Positions 1-9,544 of a DNA stretch of 64,000 bases are shown one piece after another. Both the position numbers and the translations under genes were made by a program. The stretch is from an uncultured Actinomycetota bacterium (lineage in GTDB: Bacteria > Actinomycetota > Actinomycetes > JAFAQI01): NCBI GenBank assembly GCA_963770565.1, contig CAVYQE010000001.1:864001-928000 (forward strand), given 5' to 3'. Under the pieces are notes generated by a model, which had not been told where the DNA came from, made no database searches, and worked only from the letters and a program-made list of their open reading frames with translations. The stretch's first letter is position 1, and the number at the start of each line of letters is the position of its first letter.

Positions 1-1
1 A

Positions 2-1105
2 CGCCTGTGCGAGCCGGGTGAGTGCCGCGTCGTCCTCCGGCTCGTCACCGTAGAGCAACGCCTGTACGTCGGTCGCCGCGGCGTGCGCGCGTTCCGCGAC
101 CACCATGACGACCGACTCCGGCTCCTCGTCGGGGCGCAGCCGGAGCGCGTGCGTGAGCCGTCGCACCGTCGCGGCCCGCAACGAGCGCGCGGCCCTGCTT
201 CTGGCCCGAGCGGCTTGAAGAAGCCGCCCCTGTCCTTCAACCGTCTCGGCCGCGCGGACCACGACCGGGAGCGGCTCGACGACCGGCCGGCCGAGCCGCC
301 GTGCACGCCACAGCGCGAGGACCACAAGTGCGATGAACAACTGCAGCGTGGCCCAGAGCAATCGCGGGGGCAGGAGGTTGATCAAGCCGCGGTGGGACTT
401 CGGCACGGGGCCGGCGTTCAGCCCGCCCGGCACCCATTGGACCGCGGACGTGTTCAGCAGGCCCAGGGCGAGCGCGGCGTCGCCCTGTTTCGCGAGCGCG
501 GCGTCGCTAAAGGTCGACGGCGATCCGAGCACGATCGTCGTCGCACCGTTCGCACGGGTGGACGTCACGAGCGCGGCGTCCTGACCTTGGTGGTAGCACC
601 CGGTCACACCGTTGTGCATCGCGTACAGGTCGCCGTCGATCTGCACCGACCCGGCGGTCACCGCGGCTGGCAGAGCGCACCCTGGCCCGACCGTGGCGCT
701 CGCGCGGGCGTCGATCGACGCGTCGACACCGAGAACGGACAAGGCGGGTTGCGGCGGCTGGATCAGAACGACGGTTGCGGCACTCCGCGCGACCGTGGCC
801 AACGCATGGTCTGAGAGCGCGCCCGGATCGGTCAGCAAGATCGTGGCGGCGGGCGTGGATCCGACCTCCGGTAACGATGTCGCGACCGTGATTGTCACAC
901 CGCGGTCGGCCAGCAGGACCGCGAGCGCGCGAGCACCATCTGGTGCCGGGTTGCGCGGGTCGAGCGGGGTGTTGTTCGGGGACTTGCCGAGCGCAGCCAG
1001 CGCGGTGACGAGTGCCAACCCGATGAGCACCAGGATGGTCGGGTAGCGCACCGAGCGCCACAGACCCGACAGGTCAAGCGGTGGCTCGGCCGCGATCGCA
1101 CTCAC
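2..1105 (-). CDS. DUF4350 domain-containing membrane protein (partial, runs off window start)
   Basis: Not in ORF track. Manual translation from GTG 1105 gives MSAIAAEPPLDLSGLWRSVRYPTILVLIGLALVTALAALG...LDPRNPAPDGARALAVLLADRGV (TM helix plus typical DUF4350 start); GTGA overlap with the upstream gene. Confidence 0.75.
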   Translation of the reverse strand, partial: MSAIAAEPPLDLSGLWRSVRYPTILVLIGLALVTALAALGKSPNNTPLDPRNPAPDGARALAVLLADRGVTITVATSLPEVGSTPAATILLTDPGALSDHALATVARSAATVVLIQPPQPALSVLGVDASIDARASATVGPGCALPAAVTAGSVQIDGDLYAMHNGVTGCYHQGQDAALVTSTRANGATTIVLGSPSTFSDAALAKQGDAALALGLLNTSAVQWVPGGLNAGPVPKSHRGLINLLPPRLLWATLQLFIALVVLALWRARRLGRPVVEPLPVVVRAAETVEGQGRLLQAARARSRAARSLRAATVRRLTHALRLRPDEEPESVVMVVAERAHAAATDVQALLYGDEPEDDAALTRLAQA

Positions 1106-1725
1106 CGGGCCAGCACCTCGCTCCGGCCGGCGCGGCGGACCGCATCGTCGGCGGCGACGACCACGGTCATGTCATCCGCCGTCGCAACCGCGTCGCCGTA
1201 GACGATCGCGTTGAACAATTCCGTGGCGGCGGTCAGCGCGGGCGCGGCGGATGGCATCGCCCGCCCGGCCTCCCTGGCCAGCTCGCTCGCCGTGCGACCC
1301 GCGCGGGCATCGACGACGCTGCGCTCCTCGAGCTCGCGGGCGACCGCGCGCATCCGCTCGATGACCGCCGTCTTCAGGTCGCCGGCCGCCGTCGCCTGTT
1401 CGGCGAGCAAGCGATGCTCAGCCGCCGACATCGTCGTACCTGCCGTCAGCAGCGCACCCACCTTGGCCGCGCGCTGGGGCACTCCGACCCGCCAGATGAT
1501 CAGGGCAACGACGATCGCGATCAGGACCACGATCGACAGGGCGCCGGCGGCGCCGGTCGGCGAATGGCTCAAGGCGGAGCTGAGGACGTGGTCGATCGCC
1601 CGGCCGGCCGCCCGGACCGCCCGGACGACGAGCGGATCGCTGTTGCGGTGGTAGATCGCCTTAGAGAGCTCGTGCTGAGCCGCGCGCTGGGCGCCGAGCC
1701 GGGTGATCGGAGCCGGGTCGCTCAT
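1102..1725 (-). CDS. DUF4129 domain-containing membrane protein
   Basis: One TM helix, then AVIERMRAVARELEERSVVDARAGRTASELAREAG...ATELFNAIVYG; context typical of MoxR-associated clusters. Confidence 0.75.
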   Translation of the reverse strand: MSDPAPITRLGAQRAAQHELSKAIYHRNSDPLVVRAVRAAGRAIDHVLSSALSHSPTGAAGALSIVVLIAIVVALIIWRVGVPQRAAKVGALLTAGTTMSAAEHRLLAEQATAAGDLKTAVIERMRAVARELEERSVVDARAGRTASELAREAGRAMPSAAPALTAATELFNAIVYGDAVATADDMTVVVAADDAVRRAGRSEVLAR

Positions 1726-2837
1726 GGGTTCGGGTTGGCCGCTGCCTGCTGGAGGGTGTGGTCCAGGCCTTCGGCGCGCATCCGGCGGTCAAGGTAGAGC
1801 AGCGCGATGACCCCGGACGAGAACGGACGAACCAAGGTCGACGCAATCAGCCCGCCGATCCCGGTCAGCAGCAACGGGGTGAAGCTGAACTGCTCGGAGG
1901 TGTTGCCGGAGAAGATCCCGGTGACGCCTCCCCCGAAGATCGCGAACGGCGCGGAGATGATGCCGGAGATGACGAGGGTGATGATCCCGGCCAGCAAGGT
2001 AATGCCGAAGATCCGCCACCAACTGCCGCGGACGAGCAGCCGCGACCGGCTCAGCGCAGCAAAGACGCCTTGCTTCTCGAGCATCAGGGCCGGTGTGGCG
2101 AGCGACAGCGCGATAGCCAGGTAGAGCGCGACCACGAACGCGGCGATGCCACCGAGGACCGCCAGGGCGACTCCGGCGCCGGTTGCGCCGGCGACCGCGA
2201 TCAAGATCCCTGGCAGCACTCCGACCACCACTACGCCGCCGGTGATCAACAGCACCAGCAGGCTGGCGCCGAGCAGTCGCCAGAGCGAGGGGACGGTCGC
2301 CCGCCAGGCGTCGCCCGCGCTCATCGGCCGTCCTAGTGCGCCTTGTCCGACGATCGTTGCGATGATCCCGCTCAGCAGTGCGGTCGCGACGAGGGTGGCG
2401 ATCGTCACGATGATCTCGAGGGTGGCGGTCCGCCCGGCGTAGTCACCGACGTTGCCGAAACCGACAATCGCACCGTTGGAGGTGGTCGTGATGTCCGTGT
2501 TGATGCCGTGGAGCAGGTAGTACGACGTGGCGATCCGAAGCGCCTCAACGACCAACATGATCGGCGCGGTCAGGCCGAGGGTGGCGCCTGGATAGCGCCG
2601 GATCGTCGTGAACGCGCCGTCGAGAATCTCCCCGACCGCGAGCGGTCGAAGCGGGATGATCCCCGGTCGCGGTGGCTGCGGTGGACCCCAGCCGTACCCG
2701 GGTTGACCCCAACCCGGCGCCGGCGGGCCCCATCCCGGTGCCGGTGGTGGTGACGGCGCCGGGGTGAAGTACGGCGGCTGCGCGGTGGGCTCGCTGGGGC
2801 TTGCCCAGTCGCCCGAACCAGGCCCATCGTTCGCCAT
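1722..2837 (-). CDS. Pro-rich integral membrane protein (GDPD membrane-domain-like)
   Basis: Start moved to ATG 2837 (MANDGPG); PG-rich N-terminus, IPLRPLAVGEILDGAF, several TM helices, LLYLDRRMRAEGLD. Confidence 0.75.
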   Translation of the reverse strand: MANDGPGSGDWASPSEPTAQPPYFTPAPSPPPAPGWGPPAPGWGQPGYGWGPPQPPRPGIIPLRPLAVGEILDGAFTTIRRYPGATLGLTAPIMLVVEALRIATSYYLLHGINTDITTTSNGAIVGFGNVGDYAGRTATLEIIVTIATLVATALLSGIIATIVGQGALGRPMSAGDAWRATVPSLWRLLGASLLVLLITGGVVVVGVLPGILIAVAGATGAGVALAVLGGIAAFVVALYLAIALSLATPALMLEKQGVFAALSRSRLLVRGSWWRIFGITLLAGIITLVISGIISAPFAIFGGGVTGIFSGNTSEQFSFTPLLLTGIGGLIASTLVRPFSSGVIALLYLDRRMRAEGLDHTLQQAAANPNP

Positions 2838-2897
2838 GATCACCCCGAAGGCTCCGTTGGAACCGCCATCGTCGCAGAGCGGTGAGACGATAGACGG

Positions 2898-3575
2898 GTG
2901 AAGGCGCGCGTACTTGTCGTTGATGATGATCCGGCGCTGGCCGAGATGCTCGGCATCGTGTTGCGCAACGAAGGCTTCGAGCCGTCGTTCGTCGGTGACG
3001 GTGACCAGGCACTGACCGCGTTCCGGGTCGTGAAGCCGGACCTGGTGCTGCTCGACCTGATGCTGCCCGGCACCGACGGGGTCGATGTGTGCCGGGCGAT
3101 CCGGGCCGAGAGCGGGATCCCGATCGTCATGCTCACTGCCCGCGGCGACACGATCGACGTTGTCATCGGTCTCGAGTCGGGGGCGGACGACTACATCGTC
3201 AAACCCTTCAAGCCCAAGGAGCTCGTGGCTCGGATGCGCGCGCGGCTGCGCCGCAACGACGAGGGCGAGAACGAGGTGCTGACGATCGGCGATCTCACGA
3301 TCGACATCGCCGGCCACGTGGTCAGCCGGGGCGGTGTGCCGATCGCCCTGACTCCGCTCGAGTTCGACCTGCTCACCGCGCTGGCGCGCAAGCCGAGGCA
3401 CGTGTTCTCGCGGGACCAGCTGCTCGAGCAGGTGTGGGGCTACCGCCACGTCGCGGACACCCGGCTGGTCAACGTCCACGTGCAACGGCTGCGGGCGAAG
3501 GTCGAACGCGACGCCGAGCACCCGGACATCGTCGTCACGGTGCGGGGGGTCGGCTACAAGGCCGGACCGACGTGA
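2898..3575 (+). CDS. mtrA: Two-component response regulator MtrA
   Basis: VLVVDDDPALAEMLGIVL, DTRLVNVHVQRLRAKVE, VTVRGVGYKAG; mtrAB-lpqB synteny. Confidence 0.95.
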   Translation: MKARVLVVDDDPALAEMLGIVLRNEGFEPSFVGDGDQALTAFRVVKPDLVLLDLMLPGTDGVDVCRAIRAESGIPIVMLTARGDTIDVVIGLESGADDYIVKPFKPKELVARMRARLRRNDEGENEVLTIGDLTIDIAGHVVSRGGVPIALTPLEFDLLTALARKPRHVFSRDQLLEQVWGYRHVADTRLVNVHVQRLRAKVERDAEHPDIVVTVRGVGYKAGPT

Positions 3576-5176
3576 TCAGGCGGGTCGCAGCGGTCGGGAG
3601 CGCCGTGCGGCATCGCTGGCGCCGGTCGCTACAGACCCGCGTGATCGCGACCACCCTGATGCTGTCGGGCACCGTCAGCCTGCTGCTCGGCGTGACGATC
3701 CTGCATCAGGTCCGGTCCGGCCTGCTGGACTCGGCCACCCGCTCGGCACTCAGCCAGCTCAGCACCGGCGTGGAGCACGCGCAGAGCCAGTTCGCCGCGC
3801 TTCCCCCGTCGAACCCGCGGGCGATCGGCCAGACCGCCTCGGCGGTCGTGCTCGCCCTCTCGCCCGACCCCGACCAGCAGAACTACGACGTGGTGCTGCT
3901 GTCGGCGACGCCCGGACTGCCGTCGTACCAGCCTCGTAACGGCCCGCACGTCGGCCCGTCGAGTATCCCGGCCGCGCTGCGCAGGGCGGTATCCCTGCAG
4001 TCCCGCGAGGCCTGGACCTACACGACCGTCACCGCCGCCGACGGCACCCGCGGACCGGGTCTGGTGCTCGGTGCTCCGGTCCAGGCCGGATCGGTTCGCT
4101 ACCAGCTCTACTACCTGGTGCCGCTCAGCCGCGAGGTCGCGACGCTGAACCTGGTCGAGCGGACGATGCTGTTCGCCGGCGGTGCCCTGGTGCTGCTGTT
4201 GGTGGGCATCGCGACCGTCGTGACCCGCCAGGTAGTCCGGCCGGTGCGACAAGCGGCCGCCACGGCCGAGCGGCTGGCCTCGGGCCGGCTCCGTGAGCGG
4301 ATGAAGGTGCGCGGCGAGGACGACCTTGCGACGCTCGCGGCCTCCTTCAACCGGATGGCCGACACCGTGCAGCAGCAGATCTCCCAGCTCCGCGAGCTGT
4401 CCAGGTTGCAGCGCCGGTTCGTCGCCGACGTGTCGCACGAGCTGCGGACGCCGATCACCACGGTGCGGATGGCGGCCGATGTCCTGCACGGCTCGGCCGG
4501 CGACCTTCCGCCCGAGCTGAGTCGCTCGTCCGAACTCCTGCAGGCTCAGCTCGACCGGTTCGAGCTGCTGCTCGCCGACCTGCTCGAGATCAGCCGGTAC
4601 GACGCCGGCGCCGCGGTCCTCGACGTCGAGCCGGTCGACCTGTGCCAGCTCGCGACCCGGGTGGTCGAGCTGGCCGCTCCGCTGGTCGAGCGCCGGGGTT
4701 CCGCGATCACCCTCGACATACCGAGCAAGGCGGTCATCGTCGACGCCGACTCGCGGCGGATCGACCGGGTGTTGCGCAACCTGGTCGACAACGCGATCGA
4801 GCATGCCGAGGGTGGTCCGGTCGAGCTCCGGCTACGGGCCGGCGAGGGCGGCGTCGCGGTCACCGTCCGCGACCACGGCGTCGGGCTGCGGCCCGGCGAG
4901 GCTTCGCTGGTCTTCGGGCGGTTCTGGCGGGCCGACCCGGCGCGGGCCCGCGCGACCGGCGGGACCGGGCTGGGTCTGTCGATCGCGCTCGAGGACGTCC
5001 GGTTGCACGGCGGCTGGCTACAGGCCTGGGGCGAGCCGGGTAACGGCGCCCTGTTCAGGCTCACGCTGCCGTGGCATGCCGGCGAGCAGGTCACCTCGTC
5101 GCCATTGCCGCTCGGGCCCGACTCCGCCACACCGGACCCGCCGGACCGCTCCGCCGCGGAGACCCTGCGTGCCTAG
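3572..5176 (+). CDS. mtrB: Sensor histidine kinase MtrB
   Basis: GTG start overlapping the mtrA stop; 2 TM, HAMP, FVADVSHELRTP H-box, FWRADPARARATGGTGLGLSIA. Confidence 0.95.
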   Translation: MIRRVAAVGSAVRHRWRRSLQTRVIATTLMLSGTVSLLLGVTILHQVRSGLLDSATRSALSQLSTGVEHAQSQFAALPPSNPRAIGQTASAVVLALSPDPDQQNYDVVLLSATPGLPSYQPRNGPHVGPSSIPAALRRAVSLQSREAWTYTTVTAADGTRGPGLVLGAPVQAGSVRYQLYYLVPLSREVATLNLVERTMLFAGGALVLLLVGIATVVTRQVVRPVRQAAATAERLASGRLRERMKVRGEDDLATLAASFNRMADTVQQQISQLRELSRLQRRFVADVSHELRTPITTVRMAADVLHGSAGDLPPELSRSSELLQAQLDRFELLLADLLEISRYDAGAAVLDVEPVDLCQLATRVVELAAPLVERRGSAITLDIPSKAVIVDADSRRIDRVLRNLVDNAIEHAEGGPVELRLRAGEGGVAVTVRDHGVGLRPGEASLVFGRFWRADPARARATGGTGLGLSIALEDVRLHGGWLQAWGEPGNGALFRLTLPWHAGEQVTSSPLPLGPDSATPDPPDRSAAETLRA

Positions 5177-6884
5177 CCGGGGCGGACCCTTCCCGCGACC
5201 GGCGTTGCTCGGCCGGCTCGCGATTTGCGCGGTCGTCGTGGCCTTGGCCGGGTGTGCCGCGCTACCCGTGTCGGGCTCGGTGCACGTCGGCCGGGCGTTC
5301 CCGGCCGGATCGGGCGCCGACCTCAACGACATCAGGGTCATCGCCGCGGCCCCGCAGCCGGGGATGACGCCTGCCCGGCTGGTGAAGGGCTTCCTCAACG
5401 CCCTGGCCGACAGCGACGGCAACTACGCGGTCGCCAAGCTCTACCTCGCGCCCGGGGTCAGCTGGCACCCCTCCGCGGGCACCACGTTGTATCAGGGGCT
5501 GCCCAAGGTGCAGGTCAGCGCGCGCGGGATCGACGTCGTACTGCGCCGGTTCGGCACGGTGGATGCGCGCGGCACGTTCCAGGTGGTCCCCGGCACCCAG
5601 CACGTGCCTTTCTCGGTGGTCCGGTCGTTCGGGCGGCAATGGCGGATCTCGCGGCTTCCGGCGGGGATCTTGCTCTCGGTCTCGGATGCCGAGCTGACGC
5701 TGCTCCCCGCGACGATCTACTACTTCAACCGCGAACAGACCCGGCTGGTACCCGAGCCGCTGCTGGTCGCACCGGACACCCCCGGGCTGGCCACCACCCT
5801 GATCCGGGAGTTGATCGACGGGCCCGGCCCGGGGCTCGCCTCCGCGGTGGCCAGCGCGATCCCGCACGGCACGAGCCTGGTCGGCAACGTCTCGATCGAC
5901 AGCGATGGGGTCGCCGAGGTCGACCTGTCCGGTGCGGTCTTGCAGGTTGCCGGGATCGCGCTGCAGCGGCTCTCGGCGCAGATCGTCTGGACGCTGCGGC
6001 AGGTCCCGGCGGTAACTGCGGTGCGCCTGCTGGTCAACGGTGCACCGCTGAGTGGCACCGGCGTCCCGGCGTTGCAGCGGATCGCTTCGTGGCCGCAGTT
6101 CGACCCCGATACGCCGCCGACCACCCACGGTGCGTTGCTGGCCGGCCAACGGCGGATCGTCGGCGTCCGGACCGCCGTGCCGACCTCGCTGCTCGGTCTC
6201 GGTCTGACCGCAGCGGCGGTGAGCGCGGACGGATCGGTCGTGGCTGCCATTCGGCCCGGGCGCCGCCGCACCACTCTCCTCGTCGGTTCGGCGCTCGGCC
6301 TGCTGCGCGCACGGGTGAAGGGGGCCGGCTTGTCCCCGCCGGCGATCGACCCGGCCGGCGACGTCCTCGTCGTACGCGGGGTAGGTGCGCTCTCGAGCCT
6401 GGTGGAGGTGCCACGGGTCGGGTCGGTGCGGCAGGTGTCCGTTCCATCGACGATCCGGGCCGAGGGCATCGACCAGGTCGCGGTCTCAAGGGATGGGGCG
6501 CGGATCGCGATGGTGGTCGGGCCGGTCGGCCACACCGCCTTGGTCGTCGGCGCTCTCTCGCAGGCGCACGACTCGTTGAGCGTGTCGACCGCGGGCCTGG
6601 TCATCCCGGGCGCGGCCGACGTGAGCGGGGTGGCCTGGGCCGGGGCGAGCGAGATCGTCACGACGGTCCGGGATTCGGCCGGTCACCGCTCGATCGTGCA
6701 GGCCTCGGTCGACGGCTATCAGCGCGCCGACATCGGCGGAATCAGCCCCCCGCGCGACCCGACCCAGGTCGCGGCATCGCCCGGCGAGCCGATCCTGGCC
6801 GAGTCGGACGGGGTGGTGTGGGAGCTGTCCGCGGCCCGATGGACCCGGATCACGGCCGGCGCCGACCCCTCGTACGCAGGCTAG
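5169..6884 (+). CDS. lpqB: Lipoprotein LpqB (GerMN plus beta-propeller)
   Basis: Lipobox LAGC; SAQIVWTLRQVP GerMN-like segment; AVSRDGARIAMV propeller blade; follows mtrB. Confidence 0.9.
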   Translation: MPSRGGPFPRPALLGRLAICAVVVALAGCAALPVSGSVHVGRAFPAGSGADLNDIRVIAAAPQPGMTPARLVKGFLNALADSDGNYAVAKLYLAPGVSWHPSAGTTLYQGLPKVQVSARGIDVVLRRFGTVDARGTFQVVPGTQHVPFSVVRSFGRQWRISRLPAGILLSVSDAELTLLPATIYYFNREQTRLVPEPLLVAPDTPGLATTLIRELIDGPGPGLASAVASAIPHGTSLVGNVSIDSDGVAEVDLSGAVLQVAGIALQRLSAQIVWTLRQVPAVTAVRLLVNGAPLSGTGVPALQRIASWPQFDPDTPPTTHGALLAGQRRIVGVRTAVPTSLLGLGLTAAAVSADGSVVAAIRPGRRRTTLLVGSALGLLRARVKGAGLSPPAIDPAGDVLVVRGVGALSSLVEVPRVGSVRQVSVPSTIRAEGIDQVAVSRDGARIAMVVGPVGHTALVVGALSQAHDSLSVSTAGLVIPGAADVSGVAWAGASEIVTTVRDSAGHRSIVQASVDGYQRADIGGISPPRDPTQVAASPGEPILAESDGVVWELSAARWTRITAGADPSYAG

Positions 6885-6897
6885 GTCGCCGTCAGTT

Positions 6898-6950
6898 CTG
6901 TCCACAGGATCGCCGGCGCGCCGCCGATCGGGCTCCGGTCCGGGCAGGGT
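6898..6950 (+). promoter_or_regulatory. DnaA-box-like motif CTGTCCACAG plus -10-like CAGGGT upstream of comF
   Basis: Motif 6898-6907; CAGGGT 6945-6950 ends 7 nt before ATG 6958 (leaderless geometry). Confidence 0.4.
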
Positions 6951-6957
6951 CGGCCTC

Positions 6958-7644
6958 ATGTCGATCCTCAGCCGGCTGTTTCCTGCCGAGTGCGCGGGGT
7001 GCGGCGGGCCCGGTGGGCCCGGCTGCCCGGGCTGTCTCGTGACGCTGTGGCAGCCGGCCGCGCCGAGCCGGCCGCGGCCGGCTCCGGTCGACCTTCCGCC
7101 GACCTGGACGGTCGCGGCGTACGCCGATCCCTGCCGGGCCTTGTTGATCGCCTACAAGGAGCGTTCGGCGGTGAGTCTGCGGCCGCTGCTGGCCGCCGCG
7201 CTGGCGAGCGCCGTCGTCGGCGCCTGGCGGGGCACCGCCGGGGGATTCGGCGCCGTCCCGAGCCGGGTCTACCTGGTGCCGGTTCCCTCCTCGCCCCGGT
7301 CGGTCCGGGTCCGCGGGGACGACGTCGTCCGGTCACTGGCCAGGCGAACGGCGGCGGTGCTTCGGAGCGAGGGGATCGACCTGCGGGTGGTCCCGGCGCT
7401 GCGGCATGTGCGGCGGGTGGCGGACTCGGCCGGACTCAGCTCCGCTGCCCGGGCGGCCAACCTGGCCGGCGCGTTCACGGTGCCCCGGCGGTTCGAGTCG
7501 GTGGTGTCGGGGGCACCGGTGATCATCGTCGACGACGTGATCACCACCGGGTCGAGCCTGGCCGAGGCAGCTCGGACGCTGCGCGCGTGCGGGGCGGACG
7601 TCATCGCGGCGGCAGCAGTCGCGGCCACCCAACGGCGGACCTGA
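6958..7644 (+). CDS. comF: ComF family phosphoribosyltransferase-like protein
   Basis: N-terminal CxxC...CxxC, SAGLSSAARAANL, IIVDDVITTGSSL; lies between lpqB and hpf. Confidence 0.9.
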   Translation: MSILSRLFPAECAGCGGPGGPGCPGCLVTLWQPAAPSRPRPAPVDLPPTWTVAAYADPCRALLIAYKERSAVSLRPLLAAALASAVVGAWRGTAGGFGAVPSRVYLVPVPSSPRSVRVRGDDVVRSLARRTAAVLRSEGIDLRVVPALRHVRRVADSAGLSSAARAANLAGAFTVPRRFESVVSGAPVIIVDDVITTGSSLAEAARTLRACGADVIAAAAVAATQRRT

Positions 7645-7730
7645 CCTCGCATGGTGGCCGCACAGCCGGAGGGGCTACCGTCGGGATCGGGCCCGGTGAG
7701 GCCTGCAACGTGGCGTCAGGAGATGCATCT

Positions 7731-8357
7731 GTGGACATCGTCGTCAAGTCACGCAACACCGATCTCGACAAGCGCTTTCGGGCCGCGATCGACGAGAAGC
7801 TGGGCCGGCTGGCCAAGCTCGATCCGAAGGCCGATCGGGTCGATGTCGAGGTTTCGGAGGAGCGGAACCCACGGCTTGCCGATGTCCGGATGCGGGTGGA
7901 GTTGACCTGTCGCACGCGGGGTCCGGTCATCCGGGCCGAGGCATCAGCAGCCGATCACCAAGCAGCGCTCGACCTCGCGGTCGCCAAGCTGGACATGCGG
8001 TTGCGGCGGGCGGCGGACCGCCGCCGGGTGCACCACGGCAACCGCACCCCGGTGTCGGTCGCGACCGCGACCGGAGCGGTCATCCCTGCGGCGAATCCCG
8101 CCGCGCCCGGCGACGACGGGAGCGAGGACGACGGCCCCGAACCGGCGCCGTTCGTCGTACGGGAGAAGGTGCACCGGGCTGCGCCGATGAGCCTCGACCA
8201 GGCGCTGTTCGCCATGGAGATGGTCGGCCACGACTTTTACCTGTATCTGGAGGAGGGCGACCTGACGCCGAGCGTGGTCTACCGCAGGCACGGATATGAC
8301 TACGGCGTGGTCCGCCTACATGAGCCAGATCCGGCCACTGAGGCCCCCTCGGTGTAA
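7731..8357 (+). CDS. hpf: Ribosome hibernation promoting factor (long HPF/RaiA)
   Basis: RBS AGGAG then GTG GAC ATC GTC GTC AAG; VVREKVHRAAPMSLDQALFAMEMVGHDFYLY...VVYRRHGYDYGVVRL. Confidence 0.92.
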   Translation: MDIVVKSRNTDLDKRFRAAIDEKLGRLAKLDPKADRVDVEVSEERNPRLADVRMRVELTCRTRGPVIRAEASAADHQAALDLAVAKLDMRLRRAADRRRVHHGNRTPVSVATATGAVIPAANPAAPGDDGSEDDGPEPAPFVVREKVHRAAPMSLDQALFAMEMVGHDFYLYLEEGDLTPSVVYRRHGYDYGVVRLHEPDPATEAPSV

Positions 8358-8446
8358 CTACCACCCTCTGGCCCACTCCGTGCAATCATTGCCGGGCGAG
8401 GCCGCACCCGCGATCTCTCGGGCAGCGGCTGGGTGGTGGAGGTCCC

Positions 8447-9160
8447 GTGAGTGAGGCGTCGGACAGCAGCGCTGTTGCCTCGCTGTCCGCCGTCATCGGC
8501 GAGCCGATCCGAGTCCTCGTGGTCGACGATCACGCCCTGTTTCGGCGCGGTCTGGAGATGGTGCTCGCCCACGAGCCCGACATCGACGTCGTGGGTGAGG
8601 CCGAGGACGGCGCCGAGGCGGTCGAGAAGGCGGTCGAGACCACACCCGACATCGTGCTGATGGACGTCCGGATGCCCAAGCGCGGCGGCATCGACGCCTG
8701 CACCGCAATCAAGGACGCGGTGCCCAGCAGCAAGATCATCATGCTCACGATCAGCGACGAAGAAGCCGATCTGTACGACGCGATCAAAGCCGGCGCGATG
8801 GGATACCTGCTCAAGGAGATCTCGATCGAGGAGGTCGCGTCCGCGATCCGAGCCGTGCACGGCGGCCAGTCGCTGATCTCCCCGTCGATGGCGTCGAAGC
8901 TGCTGAACGAGTTCGCCTCGATGATCAAGCGCGGCGACGAGCGCCAGCAGGTGCCCGCGCCGCGGCTGACCGACCGTGAGATGGAAGTGCTCCGCCTGGT
9001 CGCCAAGGGCCTCAACAACCGTGACATCGCCAAGCAGCTGTTCATCAGCGAGAACACGGTGAAGAACCACATCCGCAACATCCTCGAGAAGCTTCAGCTG
9101 CACTCGCGGATGGAGGCGGTCGTCTACGCCGTCCGGGAGAAGCTGCTCGAGATCACCTAG
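8447..9160 (+). CDS. Orphan NarL/LuxR-family response regulator (conserved position between hpf and secA)
   Basis: VLVVDDHALFRRGL receiver; LTDREMEVLRLVAKGLNNRDIAKQLFISENTVKNHIRNILEKL HTH. Confidence 0.9.
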   Translation: MSEASDSSAVASLSAVIGEPIRVLVVDDHALFRRGLEMVLAHEPDIDVVGEAEDGAEAVEKAVETTPDIVLMDVRMPKRGGIDACTAIKDAVPSSKIIMLTISDEEADLYDAIKAGAMGYLLKEISIEEVASAIRAVHGGQSLISPSMASKLLNEFASMIKRGDERQQVPAPRLTDREMEVLRLVAKGLNNRDIAKQLFISENTVKNHIRNILEKLQLHSRMEAVVYAVREKLLEIT

Positions 9161-9178
9161 CCCGACGGCGGTCGAAGG

Positions 9179-9454
9179 TTAGCCCTCGATCACGTTGAGG
9201 ACGGTTGCGACCATCGGTGCCGTCAGCTCGACCCCGAGCTCGGTCAAGATCGGGACGAGGGTCGCGCCGAAGGCATCAAAAGCCTCCTGCGACTCCCAGA
9301 TGTCGAACACGTTGACTGCGCCCTCGGCCTCGAGCGCGACGTGCAGCGTTCGGCCGGCTGGTGCGCCTGCGCCGGCCGCTTCAAGTCGGCTGAGCGCGGT
9401 CCGGTACTTCTCCTCGGTGAAGCCGGCGTGGGCGAGGTAGATGCCGAGTGCCAT
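9179..9454 (-). CDS. Small hypothetical protein, ABM-like dimeric alpha-beta barrel
   Basis: RBS GAAAGGA; MALGIYLAHAGFTEEKY...VFDIWESQEAFDAF; start moved to ATG 9454. Confidence 0.65.
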   Translation of the reverse strand: MALGIYLAHAGFTEEKYRTALSRLEAAGAGAPAGRTLHVALEAEGAVNVFDIWESQEAFDAFGATLVPILTELGVELTAPMVATVLNVIEG

Positions 9455-9544
9455 GGGGTCCGATCCTTTCCGCGTGCTACGACGCGAGGTAGTAGAGATG
9501 GTGGGCGGACCGTATCGGAGGTCGTGGTCTGACAGGATCCGGGG

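Noticed and set aside
2838-3521. N-terminal extension of ORF 1722..3521
   Set aside because: It is the antisense shadow of mtrA; the membrane protein reads sensibly from ATG 2837
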